This document shows, piece after piece, positions 1-11,383 of a stretch of 49,705 nucleotides of DNA. Where the stretch lies: NCBI GenBank assembly GCA_039589315.1, contig JBDHHQ010000072.1, positions 1-49,705 of the forward strand. The letters are read 5' to 3'. The notes under the pieces were generated by a model. The model ran no database searches. It saw only the letters and a list, made by a program, of their open reading frames with translations, and was not told the DNA's origin. Each line of letters starts with the position of its first letter. Position 1 is the first letter of the stretch. Made by a program: the position numbers and the translations under genes. This stretch comes from Gemmatimonadota bacterium (GTDB lineage: Bacteria; Gemmatimonadota; Gemmatimonadetes; Longimicrobiales; Gaopeijiaceae).

Positions 1-746
1 CCGTCGGTGAACATGACGTAGATCTCGAGGTCGCCGTCCCGATCCGTCACGAACGTGATCCGGAGTCCGAACGGTGCCCACCAAGGAGAGCAGTTGAAGT
101 CCTCGTTGTCCGTGAGGTTGGTGAGCCCCGACCCGTCGGTGGCGTTCATGACCCAGACGGTGTTGTCCACCGTGCGGCCGGAGCTGAACAGGATGTGCTG
201 CCCGTCCGGCGACCACGCAGGGTCGCCGTCGAAGGCCGGGTCGTCGGTGAGGCGGACGACGTCCGATCCGTCGGAGTTCATGACGTAGATGTCCGACTGC
301 TCCCCGACACGCTGAGAGCGGAACGCGATCTTCGATCCGTCCGGCGACCAGGTCGGCTCGGCGTCGACGCCCGGCACGTCGGTGAGCTGGACGGGGTCCG
401 TGCCGTCCACGTTCATCACCCAGATCTCGCTGCTCCCGGTTCGGTCCGAGCGGAAGGCGATCCTCAGCCCGTCCGGCGACCAGGCCGGGTCGGTGTCCTC
501 GGCCGGGTGATTCGTGAGGTTGATCGCCTCGCTCCCGTCGGTGGTCATCACGTAGATCTCGTCGTTGCCGTCCCGCCCCGACTCGAACGCGATGAGATCG
601 CGACTGAAGTCGAATTCCGGTGGTGCCGGGTCGTCGGGCGGGTCGGGGTTCGTGGGGGTCTCGGAGCCGCCATCGGAGCAAGCCGAGAGAAGCAGGAGGG
701 TTGAGGCGACGACCAGCAGGGGACGGAGCGACTTCTGGGCAGGCAT
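1..746 (-). CDS. TolB-like PD40 beta-propeller lipoprotein (runs off the window start)
   Basis: Manual translation: ATG at 746 with GAGGAGGAG RBS, signal MPAQKSLRPLLVVASTLLLLSAC, repeated 'PAWSPDG..IAF.S.R....IYVMN.DG' units. Confidence 0.85.
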   Translation of the reverse strand, partial: MPAQKSLRPLLVVASTLLLLSACSDGGSETPTNPDPPDDPAPPEFDFSRDLIAFESGRDGNDEIYVMTTDGSEAINLTNHPAEDTDPAWSPDGLRIAFRSDRTGSSEIWVMNVDGTDPVQLTDVPGVDAEPTWSPDGSKIAFRSQRVGEQSDIYVMNSDGSDVVRLTDDPAFDGDPAWSPDGQHILFSSGRTVDNTVWVMNATDGSGLTNLTDNEDFNCSPWWAPFGLRITFVTDRDGDLEIYVMFTD

Positions 747-1218
747 GGGACTCCTCCTCAGCCGTGGGAACCGGGCCCAGTCACGGAGGAGCGGCACCGA
801 CTGGCCTGTGGCGGGAGGACCGGATCGGTGAAGGAGGCGCCGTCGAGGATCGCGACTGGGTGTTCGCACGCTCCCGGGCCAAGGGAGCGACCGGGGGCTA
901 ATGCCAATCTACGGCGCCCCTTGGTCCAATGCGACGAGAATCGATGGGAGACGCATTCGCCGGCGACCCGAGGCGGCAAGCTGTCCCGCTCGATCCACTG
1001 GAGGTTCGTACGTGCACGAAGCTCATCGAGGATCTCGGGAAGCTCCAGATCGCAGTTGAAGGCGTGCGCCACGACGAAGCTCATCCGCGCCTCGCTCGGG
1101 AGACCCTGCAAAGCGACTTCTGCCGGCCGAGGGCGTGGACGTTCCCGTTTCTCGCGCCGTGGATGAACCACGTGGCCCGGCCGGAGTCCGCCTCCACGGT
1201 TGGATCGGTGTTTGGGGA

Positions 1219-1659
1219 CTAGGGAGCAGCTGCCCCGGTTGTCTTCAGGTCCATGCTCCCCGATCCACCTCCCTTGACCAGGATGTAGGCGGAGAGGACG
1301 ATCACCACCGCCGGGATGATGGGCTCGGACGGCTGCAGCGGGAATAGCGCCGGGTCATCCACCACGAGGTGCACGTAGGTCGCGACGACCATGATGCCAA
1401 TGACGACCAACGCGGCAACTCGCGTGTGGAATCCAACCAGCAAGGCCACGCCAACGCCCATTTCGACGAACGGGACGACCCAACGGTTGAGCTCCTGGAG
1501 CGGGATGTCGGCGGCAGCCAGTTGACCTGCCCAGGCCGCGGCCAACATCGGCACCACGAGCTTCATGGCGCCGGTCATCACGAAGAGTGCGCCGAGCACG
1601 ATCCGAATCGCTCTCGCGACTCCGTCGGATCGGGTGTTGCGAAGACGTTGCCAGTCCAT
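1219..1659 (-). CDS. DoxX family membrane protein
   Basis: RIVLGALFVMTGAMKL...VEMGVGVALLVGFHTRVAAL...GGGSGSMD; start moved to ATG 1659 (GGAGGG upstream). Confidence 0.8.
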   Translation of the reverse strand: MDWQRLRNTRSDGVARAIRIVLGALFVMTGAMKLVVPMLAAAWAGQLAAADIPLQELNRWVVPFVEMGVGVALLVGFHTRVAALVVIGIMVVATYVHLVVDDPALFPLQPSEPIIPAVVIVLSAYILVKGGGSGSMDLKTTGAAAP

Positions 1660-1953
1660 CTCACCCTCCCTCTCGGGCGCTTCCTGCCCCCCGCCGCTCG
1701 ACTGTCGGACTGCACCGGGCCGGGCCGGGCACCCGAGTAAGGATGATCCGGTCATCCCCCCGCGCCAGACCAGCAGGGCGTGGGGGTTCATCCGCGACTC
1801 ATGATCCACGACCTCAGAACGTGCGGTCCAGCGACGGAAACGCGGCCCCTCGCGGAGACCGGACCGACCCTGTGGCTGACGAGACTCGCGGCGGCCGGGT
1901 GTCGAGTCCACCTTGCCTGGCATTTACGTCCAACACGCCGGGAGGGCGATATC

Positions 1954-2553
1954 ATGGATCAGCAGACTCTGGCCGTGGCCGCCGTTGCCGTTGTCTTCAT
2001 CATCGTGTTCGGCGGCTTCATCTGGTGGGTCATCCGCCAGAAGCGGCGCATCCGCGAGGCGTTCGACACGTTCAGCCAGGCCCATAGACTCGAGGTGCAA
2101 CGGGGCTCTTTCCCCACCGCTCTCGGTGATGTGGATGGACGCTTCTTCTCTATCGGCGCCAAGGTTCACCGGACACCATCTGGACGCCCCCAACTACAGC
2201 AGGTCCCCGACTTCTGGGTGCAGGCCGGCGTGCAAGGAGACGTTCCCAGGGAGATGGTCGCCGGCAAACGCGGTGCGATGCAGGGTAAGGGACCGGTGCA
2301 GACCGGCGACTCCGAGTTCGACAAGAAGGTCTGGGCGGACTGCCCAAACGTCGAAGCGGCCCGGGACTTCCTTACGCCAGAGCGCCGGCGGGCCTTGATC
2401 GATGTGGTCGCCCTGGGCGCCACCTTCGTGGGACCCGGGGACGACAACATCTCCATGGTGTACCGCAAGACCCGGGGCTATACGCCGAAGCTCGAGTGGC
2501 TGGAAGAGCGGTTCAACGAGTTCATGTCGGTGGCCAGGAGTCTCGACGCCTGA
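1954..2553 (+). CDS. Hypothetical protein with N-terminal TM anchor
   Basis: GGAGGG RBS, ATG 1954, hydrophobic N-terminus followed by RQKRR. Confidence 0.7.
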   Translation: MDQQTLAVAAVAVVFIIVFGGFIWWVIRQKRRIREAFDTFSQAHRLEVQRGSFPTALGDVDGRFFSIGAKVHRTPSGRPQLQQVPDFWVQAGVQGDVPREMVAGKRGAMQGKGPVQTGDSEFDKKVWADCPNVEAARDFLTPERRRALIDVVALGATFVGPGDDNISMVYRKTRGYTPKLEWLEERFNEFMSVARSLDA

Positions 2554-2731
2554 CGGGCCGAGGGCAGCGTCGGCCTCGAGGTTGCGGCAACCGACTTGAA
2601 CATGGCCCCGGGGCCTATTCGGCCGCGGCTTCAGTCCGAGAAGGTCTGCTCGATCTCGGCGACCACGGCGGAGAGCCGGAGCTCCAGCTCGAGTTGCCCG
2701 ATCGGGCTCGCCTCGCGTTGACCCGACCGGA

Positions 2732-2899
2732 TTCCGGTCCAAACGCGTCCGGCTGAGCCACGTAGTAGTAGGCCTGGATCCCCACCTTGACCGGTGTAGA
2801 CCCGGCGATGAACGTCTTCAGCGGTCCGAGCCCGAGGGGTAACGTCAGTTGCTCCGTGGTCCAGTTGTAGCTGAACGGCGGTGACGAGACGAGCTGCCA
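2732..2899 (-). pseudogene. C-terminal fragment of an outer-membrane beta-barrel-like protein
   Basis: WQLVSSPPFSYNWTTEQLTLPLGLG..KT.....PVKVGIQAYYYVAQPDAFGPE; no N-terminus or start. Confidence 0.45.
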
Positions 2900-3027
2900 C
2901 TCACACCCGCTGATTCGACCCGTCCGCACCGTAGACAGGCTGATTCAACAGCAAGAGGATCGCCGGACGGAAGGTCAGGCTCTTGGACTCTGTGACTCCA
3001 TGGATTCTGCTCGCTCCTCCGTCCGAC

Positions 3028-4980
3028 TCACCCTCCCGGCGTGTACCAGATGGGCGACGTATACGCACGCTCCTGCGTCGACGTCGGCGCGTCCTCCGGG
3101 ATGTCGATTCCGAAGCGGAACGCGTCGTACGTCGTCCACCGCGGCGTGGGGATTTCGATGATTCGGGCGTAGTAGAACGCCCTTTGATCCGGGTCGAAGT
3201 CCGGGTCCGTCCACACCGTGGCCAGCTCGGCCGCCCCGATCGTGTTGGTCCAGTTGGCACTCTCCACGTCCACCGTGTTGCCCACTGGCGGCAACTTGCC
3301 GTCGGAGCCAGGCCGCCGGTTGCCGGACCACGCCACGTCGTACACCCGTTCGTGGGTCTCGCCGTCGTCCCTCAGCCAGCCCTTGACGATCTGAATGCGG
3401 TCGAGGTTGGCTCCCTGGGCGTCGCGGAGGGAATACACCATGAAGGTGGGCGCACCGGCGCCGGCGGGCCTTGGCCGTAGGTGGCCGCCCATGGGCACGC
3501 CCTTCTCGTAACCGGCGAACGCCGGCTGGCGGCTGTTCATGTCCTGGTCGGTGAAGTCCCAACCTCCGAAGAAGCGGACGGCCAGGCGCGAGCCGGTGGT
3601 GGCGTAGGTCTCCTTGCGCTCCATGGCGTCGAAGATGGCCTGTCGCGTGTTGTCCGTGGCCCACACGGCGGCCAGTCCCGACGAAACCTGTTGCCAGGCG
3701 TAGAGCGTCCCGCTCTCGGTGGCCATGAACGGATGGGCCATGCGCTCCGGGCTGGGCTCAGAGCCGGAGTGCTTGCCGAAGAAGTTGTCCTCCTGGGCCG
3801 TGGCCAGTGACGTGTGGCTGTCGGTCGAACCGATCATGCCGAATTCGTACGGGTTCGTCCCCAGGCGGTCCTCGATGGCCAGTCCCCGCTTGAGGGCTTC
3901 GCGGGCGTATTCCCCGGCCAGCATGTCGTCGGTCTTGGCTTCCGACACGTCCAGGTTGCCCACATCCCAAGTCTCGTAGTCGGCGAACTCGTCGTCCGGG
4001 GACAGGAATGGATGGGTCTCGCCGTCCCCCTTGATCTGGGTCGCTTCGTACAGGGGCTCCCAGCGGGCCCGCGTCGTGACGTACTCCTCGTCAAGGGCCA
4101 TTCCGTCGTACTGAGCCTCGAGGGGGAACATGATGCCGTTGGCCAGGTTGCCGTTGTGGGCAATGGCCAGGACGTCGCCTCCCGTCCGCTCCTCGTACCT
4201 CTCGAGCCACTTCCACAAGTCCCGCGGATTCTGGCTCCCGAAGGGCGGATTCATCGTGAAGGGAACCATCTGGCTCCCTTTGTCTCCCCCGTCCCGGTAG
4301 ATCACGACCCTGTGCATGTTGTTGCCGCGCACCAGGGAGGTCCATTCGTAGCCGATGAACGCGGTGAAGTGGCCTGGATCGTCGAAGGCCTCTGCGGCGT
4401 CCACAGTGCTTTGCCACGCGTTCTTGTAGGGCTTCGATTCCGGGCTGTAGCCCACCTCGACGAACTCGGGTAGGTCTCCCTGGGAGGCCATGCCGATGAT
4501 CTCCAAGGCCACGCCGACGCCGTCGCCGGCCTGGATCCGGTCGTACCACTCCCGGCCGAGCGGATCGGCGACCACATGCGCGGCGCCCTCGAACAAGTCC
4601 GGGAAGAATCCCATGGCGTCCGAGTGATCCGCGATCACCAGGAAATCCAGGGGTCGGGAAAGCCGTGCCTTCAGCCCCGTCGCCGTGGTGACCTCATCCC
4701 CCCGGGCGAAGCGGTACGCGTCCTCCAGGCCCAACCGATTGCCGAACGCCCCGGCGTCGACGGAGAACCAGGTGTGCAGGTGCGTATCGCCCCAAAACAC
4801 TCGACTCGGGAAGTTGCGGCCGGCGTAGGGCGAATAGGCGGCACCCCGGTACAAGTCGTTCAGCGCCTCGGCTCCGTCGGGTGGTGGAGGGACTTGCGAC
4901 CGGGTCGAAGAGGGAGCGGTGAGGAGGAGAAGGATCGAGACGGCAGTGACTCTCAACAAACGCATCATCTCATGCCTCAT
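3028..4980 (-). CDS. DUF3604 domain protein (PHP-like secreted metallohydrolase)
   Basis: Signal peptide, FWGDTHLHT, DFLVIADHSD, GYEWTS, HNGN, GSTDSH, QERAYTSPIWY; start trimmed to 4980 (or 4968). Confidence 0.9.
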   Translation of the reverse strand: MRHEMMRLLRVTAVSILLLLTAPSSTRSQVPPPPDGAEALNDLYRGAAYSPYAGRNFPSRVFWGDTHLHTWFSVDAGAFGNRLGLEDAYRFARGDEVTTATGLKARLSRPLDFLVIADHSDAMGFFPDLFEGAAHVVADPLGREWYDRIQAGDGVGVALEIIGMASQGDLPEFVEVGYSPESKPYKNAWQSTVDAAEAFDDPGHFTAFIGYEWTSLVRGNNMHRVVIYRDGGDKGSQMVPFTMNPPFGSQNPRDLWKWLERYEERTGGDVLAIAHNGNLANGIMFPLEAQYDGMALDEEYVTTRARWEPLYEATQIKGDGETHPFLSPDDEFADYETWDVGNLDVSEAKTDDMLAGEYAREALKRGLAIEDRLGTNPYEFGMIGSTDSHTSLATAQEDNFFGKHSGSEPSPERMAHPFMATESGTLYAWQQVSSGLAAVWATDNTRQAIFDAMERKETYATTGSRLAVRFFGGWDFTDQDMNSRQPAFAGYEKGVPMGGHLRPRPAGAGAPTFMVYSLRDAQGANLDRIQIVKGWLRDDGETHERVYDVAWSGNRRPGSDGKLPPVGNTVDVESANWTNTIGAAELATVWTDPDFDPDQRAFYYARIIEIPTPRWTTYDAFRFGIDIPEDAPTSTQERAYTSPIWYTPGG

Positions 4981-5301
4981 GTTCTGATGAAACGGGCTCG
5001 TGTTTCGGCGGGAGGGACACCGGACCACAGTGGTGAAGCTAGCCGTCCCGTTCCGCGGATTCTGTGGGGACAAACCCGGGAAGTGCGTCAGGCAGCCTGT
5101 CGAAGCGATCGTGGAGTTGACTGATGCCCCAGGAACAGGTCCTCGATCTCCAACTCGAGGCTGACCAGGGCGTCGAATCGGACCCGGTAGCGGCCCCCAG
5201 TTGGTCAGGTTGCCGAACAGATCCAGTGATCCTGCCAGACTCGGGGCTGTCTTGACCACGCCGGACGGTCGGGAGTAAAGTCCGGATCAGCCCACTACGT
5301 C

Positions 5302-8300
5302 ATGCCGCATTCTCCATTGCTTCGGCCCTCACCCGCCCTTTCGGTCGCCTTGGCGGCCTTGGCGACGTGCGTGTGCACATTTCGTCTCGCGGCCCAAGAA
5401 CCCGCGCTGCGCATCCGCTCGCTGAACGTGTCTCACGGCCTGTCGAGCGCAGTCACCACGGCGCTCTACCGCGATCACTCCGGGATGGTGTGGATCGGCA
5501 CGCCGGCTGGTCTCAACCGCTGTTGTGGGTCGGGACCGCCGGGGGCGGCCTGAGCCGGCTCGAGCGGGGCACCCGGCGATTCGAGCGGCTCGAGCTCCCC
5601 AGCGGCGTCGATGCCGGAAACGACTGGGTCGAGACCCTCGAAGAGGATCGAGAAGGTCGGCTCTGGGTGGGCACGCTCGGTGGCGGGTTGATGGTACTCG
5701 ACCCGGACGCTGCGGAGCCCCGCCGGTACGGCCCCGACGATGGCACGCCGGGTGCACTCAGCCACAACCTCGTCAACGTCGTTTTCGAGGATTCGAGCGG
5801 ACGTATCTGGGCAGGCACGGACCGCGGTCTGAACCTGTGGGACTCCGGGACGGACCGGTTCACGTCGTTCTTGTCCGATCCGGCGGATCCCACAACGCTG
5901 CCGAGCGATCGCGTGCTCGCCATCCAGGAGGACTCGACCGGCGTGGTTTGGGTCGGCACGGAAACCGGCCTGGCTCGGATCGACCCGGAGCCGGGCAAGT
6001 TCACGCGAGTTCCGCACGACGGCCGCCCCGGTGGCCTCAGCCATCCGCACGTGACCTCGCTCGTCGCCGGGGCGCCCGGCACCCTCTGGGTCGGCACCTT
6101 CGGGGGCGGGCTCAACGAGCTCGACACCGAGCGAGTCGCGGTGCGCACGGTCCGGGGGGCCGGTGCGGAGTCCGAGCTGGGAGATGCCCGGCTCCGCCGC
6201 ATGGTCCCGGGCGCCGAAGGCGCGGTCTGGATCGGGAGTTGGGGAGGCGGAGTCAGCCGTGCCTCCCGATCGCTGCTGGCGTTCGACCTGATCGCGCACG
6301 ACGAGAACGACCCGGGCAGCCTGCCGCGGGGCGACGCAGCGGACGTGGCGGTGGACGCGGAGGGCGGGTTGTGGGTGGCCACGGCGTTCGCCGGTGTTCA
6401 CTGGCGGCCTCGTGGACGCAGCCACTTCGTCCATTTCCGCCACGAGCCCGACAAGTCTTCGTCGCTGAGCGGGGACGACGCCAAGCGCTTGCTCGTGTCG
6501 TCTACGGGGCACGTGTGGGTCGGCACCCTGCAATCAGGACTCAACCGTCTGGACCCGGCGACCGGTCGAGTCGATCGGTATCCCCCTACACCAGGACGAG
6601 CGGGGGGGCTGGCGTCCAATCGCACAACGGCTCTTCTGGAGGATGACTCGGGCACGTTGTGGGTCGGAACGAGCAACGGCCTCTATCGGCTCGACGATCC
6701 GGATCCGCCCGGAACGTTCACGTCCGTGGCAGGCCTCGAGAGTGATTACGTGGAGGCGCTCCTGCAGGCTACGTCGGGCGACGTGTGGATCGGCACCGCT
6801 GGCGGCGGACTCGTCAGGCTCACGCCCGCGTCGCTGACGCACGAGCGGTTTCGCGCCGACCCGGAGCACCCATCGTCGCTCCGCCACGACCACGTCACCG
6901 CTATTCAACAAAGCCCCAGTGGGATTCTGTGGGTCGGTACCTTGGGTGGCGGCGTGGCTCGAGTCGAGTGGGATGGCGACACGCCGCGGTTCCACCCCTA
7001 CCTCAAAGCCGATGGACTCATCAGCAACTCGATCGCCGCGATCCTGTGGGACGATACGCCACGGCTATGGCTCACGACCCGAGAGGGCCTGTCCATCCTG
7101 ACACGACGCGGCGGCGACGTCCTGAACTTCGACATGGCGAACGGCCTGCCGGTGGGCGAATTCACGACGGGCGCGGCCGCGAGCTCGGACCAGCTCCACT
7201 ACTTCGGAACGCCGGCCGGTGTGGTGGTCGCTCCCCGCAGGCCCGTGCTGCCAGCACCGGCCCTCTTCCCCGTCGTGGTGACCTCCGCGCGCGCGCTGGG
7301 TTCCGATCTGGCTCTGCCGCTGCACCGTACCGAGGACGTTGCGGAAGTGCCGTTCGGGGACGTGCTCCACTTCCGTTTCGCGGTCCTGGACTACGAGACT
7401 CACGACGCCGCCGCCTACGCATACCGCTTGGAGGGGTTGGACGAGGGCTGGGTGGAGCTCGGTTCGACGCGCGAGATCGCATTCTCCAACCTGGACCCGG
7501 GAGAGTACGCTCTGTTCGTCCGGGGCAGCGCCCGGCGCGGACCGTGGACCGAGGCGTCTGCACCGATCCGGTTCGTCATCGTACCGCCGTTCTGGCGGAC
7601 CGGGTGGTTCACGACGGTGGTCGTGCTCGGGGTCCTGGGCATGGCCGTTGGAATGGTCCTGGTCCGCGTGCGCGCGATGGAGGTTCGGGAACGTGCGATT
7701 CGCGAGAAGGAAGACCAGTTCCGGGCATTGCTCGAAAACGCGCACGATCTGGTATCGATCCTGGACCCGGAGGGCCGCGTTCACTACGTAGGCCCCTCGG
7801 TCGAGCGGATCCTGGGCTATGAGGTCAATGCGCGCATGGGTCGGCGGACCACCGAGATCGTGCATCCTGGGGACCACGAAGCTCTGAAGGACTGGCTGGA
7901 GCAGGTCTTCGAGGGTGGATCGGGCGTTGGTACGCCCACGCTCCGCGTCCGCGCGGCCGACGGGTCGTGGCGGCTCGTCGAGCCTGTAGGGTCGGCGTTC
8001 GAGCTGCCAGACGGTCAGCGGCGGGCGATCGTCAATGCGCGTGACGTGACGGAGCGCACCCGGGCCGAGGCGCGGTCGCGCGAGCTCGAGCAGGCGCTCT
8101 ACCAGCGGCAGAGGCTGGAGGCCATCGGAACCCTTGCCGGCGGCGTCGCGCACGAGTTCAACAATCTGCTCACGGTCATAGGTGGTCACGCGACGCTACT
8201 GGAAGAGGATGCCGACGACGAGGCGGCCACCCGCGAAAGCGCAGCGGCCATCCGCCGGGCCCAGCAATCCGGGGCCGCGCTCACTCGGCAGCTTCTGGCG

Positions 8301-9269
8301 TTCGCCCGGAAGCAGGTCGTGTCGCAGGGCGCAGTCAACGTCAACGAGCAGCTGGAGAGTCTGGAAAGGCTGTTCCAGCGGCTCCTCGGTGAGCAGGTAT
8401 CGCTGGACCTCGTGCTGGCGGCGGACCGGCCGTGGGTCGAGGGAGACGAGGACCAGCTCGAGCAGGTACTCATGAACCTGGTGGTGAATGCGCGGGATGC
8501 CATGCCTTCCGGAGGGCGCCTGGAGATCCGAACCGCCAACCTCCGTGTCAACGAGCATTCGGCCCGATCAGACGACCTGGCGCCCGGAGATTGGCTGGTG
8601 CTCCGAGTGACCGATGACGGGACGGGCATCGACCCCGATGCACTACCGCACGTCTTCGAGCCATTCTACACCACGAAGCAGCGCGGCAAGGGGACCGGAC
8701 TGGGACTGTCGACCGTCTACGGCATCGTCACCCACGGTGGAGGGCACCTGACCGTCGAGAGCGAGCCGGGAGTGGGAACCAGCTTCCGCGTGTTCCTGAA
8801 AGGCGCCGACGCACCCACCTCTCCGCGCGTTTCTCACGAGACCGCCGAACAGCCTCTACCGATGGGAACAGGCACGATCCTGGTCGCCGAGGACGATGGC
8901 GAGATCCTCGCCCTGGTAGGCAGCGTGCTCCGGCGGCAGGGGTTTTCCATACTGGAAGCCAAGGATGGCCTCGGGGCACTCCGAATCCTGGAGGCGGCGG
9001 TCGAGCCACCCAGGTTGCTCCTGACCGACCTGATCATGCCGCGACTCAACGGTGCCGAGTTGGCGCGGAGGGCGCGGGCCCTATGGGCCGACATGCCGGT
9101 CGTGTTCATGACAGGGTATGATGACGGAACCATCGCCCGCGCGGAGCTCGACCTCGGGGCCGACATCCTGCACAAGCCCTTCACGCCCAGGCGCCTGGCG
9201 TCACGGGTCCACCAAGCGCTCGCCGGAGCCTCGCGGGAGAGGCCCTCCTCCGCGCCCGGGTGGGAGTAG
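5302..9269 (+). CDS. Hybrid sensor histidine kinase (Reg_prop propeller, Y_Y_Y, PAS, HisKA/HATPase, receiver), frameshifted near 5520
   Basis: Signal and first blade in ORF 5302-5553; remaining WVGT repeats, AGGVAHEFNN, NLVVNARDA, GKGTGLGL and LLLTDLIMP in a different frame. Confidence 0.85.
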
Positions 9270-9325
9270 GAGTCGGACCGGGGTAACGAGAGAGGCAACA
9301 GCTCGGCGCGCCACGACCGGCTCCA

Positions 9326-9856
9326 TCACTCCACCAGCTGAACGACCTCCGTCACTGCGCCGGTCTCGTGGCTGTACAAATAGCCCGCCACGGACACGCC
9401 TTCCGGCATCATCGATGATTCACGCAGCCGGCGCACGTCCGCCTGCAGCGACGCCACGTGGTCGGGGATCGCCAGCTCCGCGAAGACCTGCTCCGCGATG
9501 CCCGAGGCGCGACTGAGCGCCTGTCGGCGTGACGCGTCGGCGAAGCGCTCGAGGCCGCAGTCGGTGTGCTGCACCACCAAGATCTGCGGTGGCTGAGCAT
9601 CAGGCCCCGCCAGGCCGATTGCCAGGGTCACCAGCACGGCCAGATCCCGTTCTGCACCGTCGGTCACCCGGCCACCGAGCGTGCGCATCTCAAGGGCCTC
9701 CCCGAGGTCCAACCCGAAGTAGCGCCCCGGGTCAACACGCGCGTCGACACAAGAGAGGACGATCTGTCTGAACCGGGGTGCGATGGGAAGTGCGCCTCCG
9801 TCGAAAGCAGCTACGTAGGCCCTGTTGCGGTCGAGTAGTTCCTTCAAGTCTCCCAT
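9326..9856 (-). CDS. Beta-class carbonic anhydrase
   Basis: Zn ligand motifs SCVDAR and QHTDCG. Confidence 0.88.
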   Translation of the reverse strand: MGDLKELLDRNRAYVAAFDGGALPIAPRFRQIVLSCVDARVDPGRYFGLDLGEALEMRTLGGRVTDGAERDLAVLVTLAIGLAGPDAQPPQILVVQHTDCGLERFADASRRQALSRASGIAEQVFAELAIPDHVASLQADVRRLRESSMMPEGVSVAGYLYSHETGAVTEVVQLVE

Positions 9857-9941
9857 ACGTCGCGTTCTCTCTCTCGTGGGTTCAAGGCATGGATCCCGGT
9901 CTGGGGCTTCCGCCCGTCCGAATCTCGTCAGGATCGCTCAG

Positions 9942-10109
9942 ATGCGGGTCTACGATCTGCGTCACACCTCCGCTACCCACCTGCTGGAGGCGGGTGAGCA
10001 TCCGAAGATCCTCTCGGAGCGGCTGGGTCATTCCACGGTCATGCTGACGCTCGACACCTACGGCCGCGTCCTTCCGGACATGCAGCACCGGACAGCGGAG
10101 AAGCTGGAC
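9942..10109 (+). pseudogene. Tyrosine integrase C-terminal remnant
   Basis: RVYDLRHTSATHLLEAGEHPKILSERLGHSTVMLTLDTY (box II through catalytic Tyr); nothing integrase-like upstream. Confidence 0.8.
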
Positions 10110-10165
10110 CCGGAACCCGCCCTTGCTAGGCTCGCCCTCGAGCGACACCTTGACCCGACATCGCC

Positions 10166-10750
10166 GTGGGTCTCACCCCTGGTCACGCCTTCGACGCGCG
10201 CTCGAAATTGGAATTGGCCCTCGCACTCACCGCCCTGTTGGTTGCCGTCGCCTGGCTGGCGTGGCGCTTCGGTTGGACTTCGAGGAGCGCCGCGCAGTCG
10301 GACACGCCTGCGGTCCGGCAACCGCCGGACCTGCCGCCCGTCGAGCACGCGGGCGATCCGGAGCTCGACGCGTTCTTGGCGCGGCAGTACCAACGGAGGC
10401 CCTACTCCTTCCGGACGAGACTGGCTTCCGGTCAGGAGATCGCGGTCGACTACACGCTCAACGAGGATTGGGTGGACGTGGCGGCTCGGCGTTCTCTTGC
10501 CAACGAGACCCTCGCACAAGGCCCGTACGAGCAGTTCGGCTACCACATGCGCCACGGCCGCTGGAGCTTCGGCGCCGAGCCGCCCAACGCCGCTGAGATC
10601 AGTGCCGTGCTGGTCTCGCATCTTGGGGACAGGTCCCACCATCGGCGATCGCGCAAAGAACAGCCAGGCCGAGGCGCGCGTGGCTGGCGCCCTACCGCAC
10701 CGAAAGAGCACCACGGGCGCCTGACGCCGCCCTCGCAGCCCGGCGGGTAG
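10166..10750 (+). CDS. Hypothetical protein with a TM segment
   Basis: Hydrophobic LALALTALLVAVAWLAW followed by globular-looking sequence; start uncertain. Confidence 0.45.
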   Translation: MGLTPGHAFDARSKLELALALTALLVAVAWLAWRFGWTSRSAAQSDTPAVRQPPDLPPVEHAGDPELDAFLARQYQRRPYSFRTRLASGQEIAVDYTLNEDWVDVAARRSLANETLAQGPYEQFGYHMRHGRWSFGAEPPNAAEISAVLVSHLGDRSHHRRSRKEQPGRGARGWRPTAPKEHHGRLTPPSQPGG

Positions 10751-10774
10751 GCCGATTTCGCGTGACGCGCCGGT

Positions 10775-11383
10775 TCAGGACTCTCGCTCAGCCAGCAACT
10801 CGATGACATGGTCCCTCTCCGGAGCGTCCCCACCGGGGGCAGACTTGCGGACCAGCTCCCACGATTCAGGCTCGGTCTCGCCCTCCAGATAGACCCTGAG
10901 AAGCCAGGCCTCCGGGCTGTCGTAGGCTGAGTCACGAAGCTGCGCGAGCACGGGTTCGACGGCGCGCGGGCCGAAGGTACGAAGGACCCGCTCGTAGTCG
11001 TCCTCAGACGGAACTGTCGGGCCCGAACGCGCCGAGGCCGCCAGCATTCCCCGGACGAGGGCCGGGAGCAGTCGGGCATCGCCGAGGAGCCCGGCGAGCC
11101 GCACCGCCTCGTAGGCCACCCAGCCGATCATCCGGGCGAGGCCGTCCTTCGCCGCCTCGAAAGCGTCCTCCCGATCGACACCGGCCTCGACGAGCTCGAG
11201 GAGCCGGCGCATGGCGGCGCGTCCGACATCTTCATCGCCGTCCTCCACCGCCTTCCGCCAGAAGCCTGGAGGCTCCGGCTCGACCAGCTCGATGAAACGG
11301 CGGTGACCTTCGACGCTGGCGAACCGGAATGACTCGTCCAGAAGAAGCCGACCGATCTCTTCCATCTTCTCGGCCTCGTCCAC
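10775..11383 (-). CDS. Hypothetical helical (HEAT-like) protein
   Basis: AAGGAGG before GTG 11383; 'AVRLAGLLGDARLLPALV', 'GPRAVEPVLAQL'. Confidence 0.5.
   Translation of the reverse strand: MDEAEKMEEIGRLLLDESFRFASVEGHRRFIELVEPEPPGFWRKAVEDGDEDVGRAAMRRLLELVEAGVDREDAFEAAKDGLARMIGWVAYEAVRLAGLLGDARLLPALVRGMLAASARSGPTVPSEDDYERVLRTFGPRAVEPVLAQLRDSAYDSPEAWLLRVYLEGETEPESWELVRKSAPGGDAPERDHVIELLAERES

Noticed and set aside
758..1171. 137-aa minus-strand ORF
   Set aside because: Only a short central part looks protein-like; no motif or clear RBS
5085..5245. Possible beta-barrel gene fragment (LDLFGNLTNWG / RYRVRFDALVSLEL)
   Set aside because: Short, requires frameshifts and cannot be supported without a search
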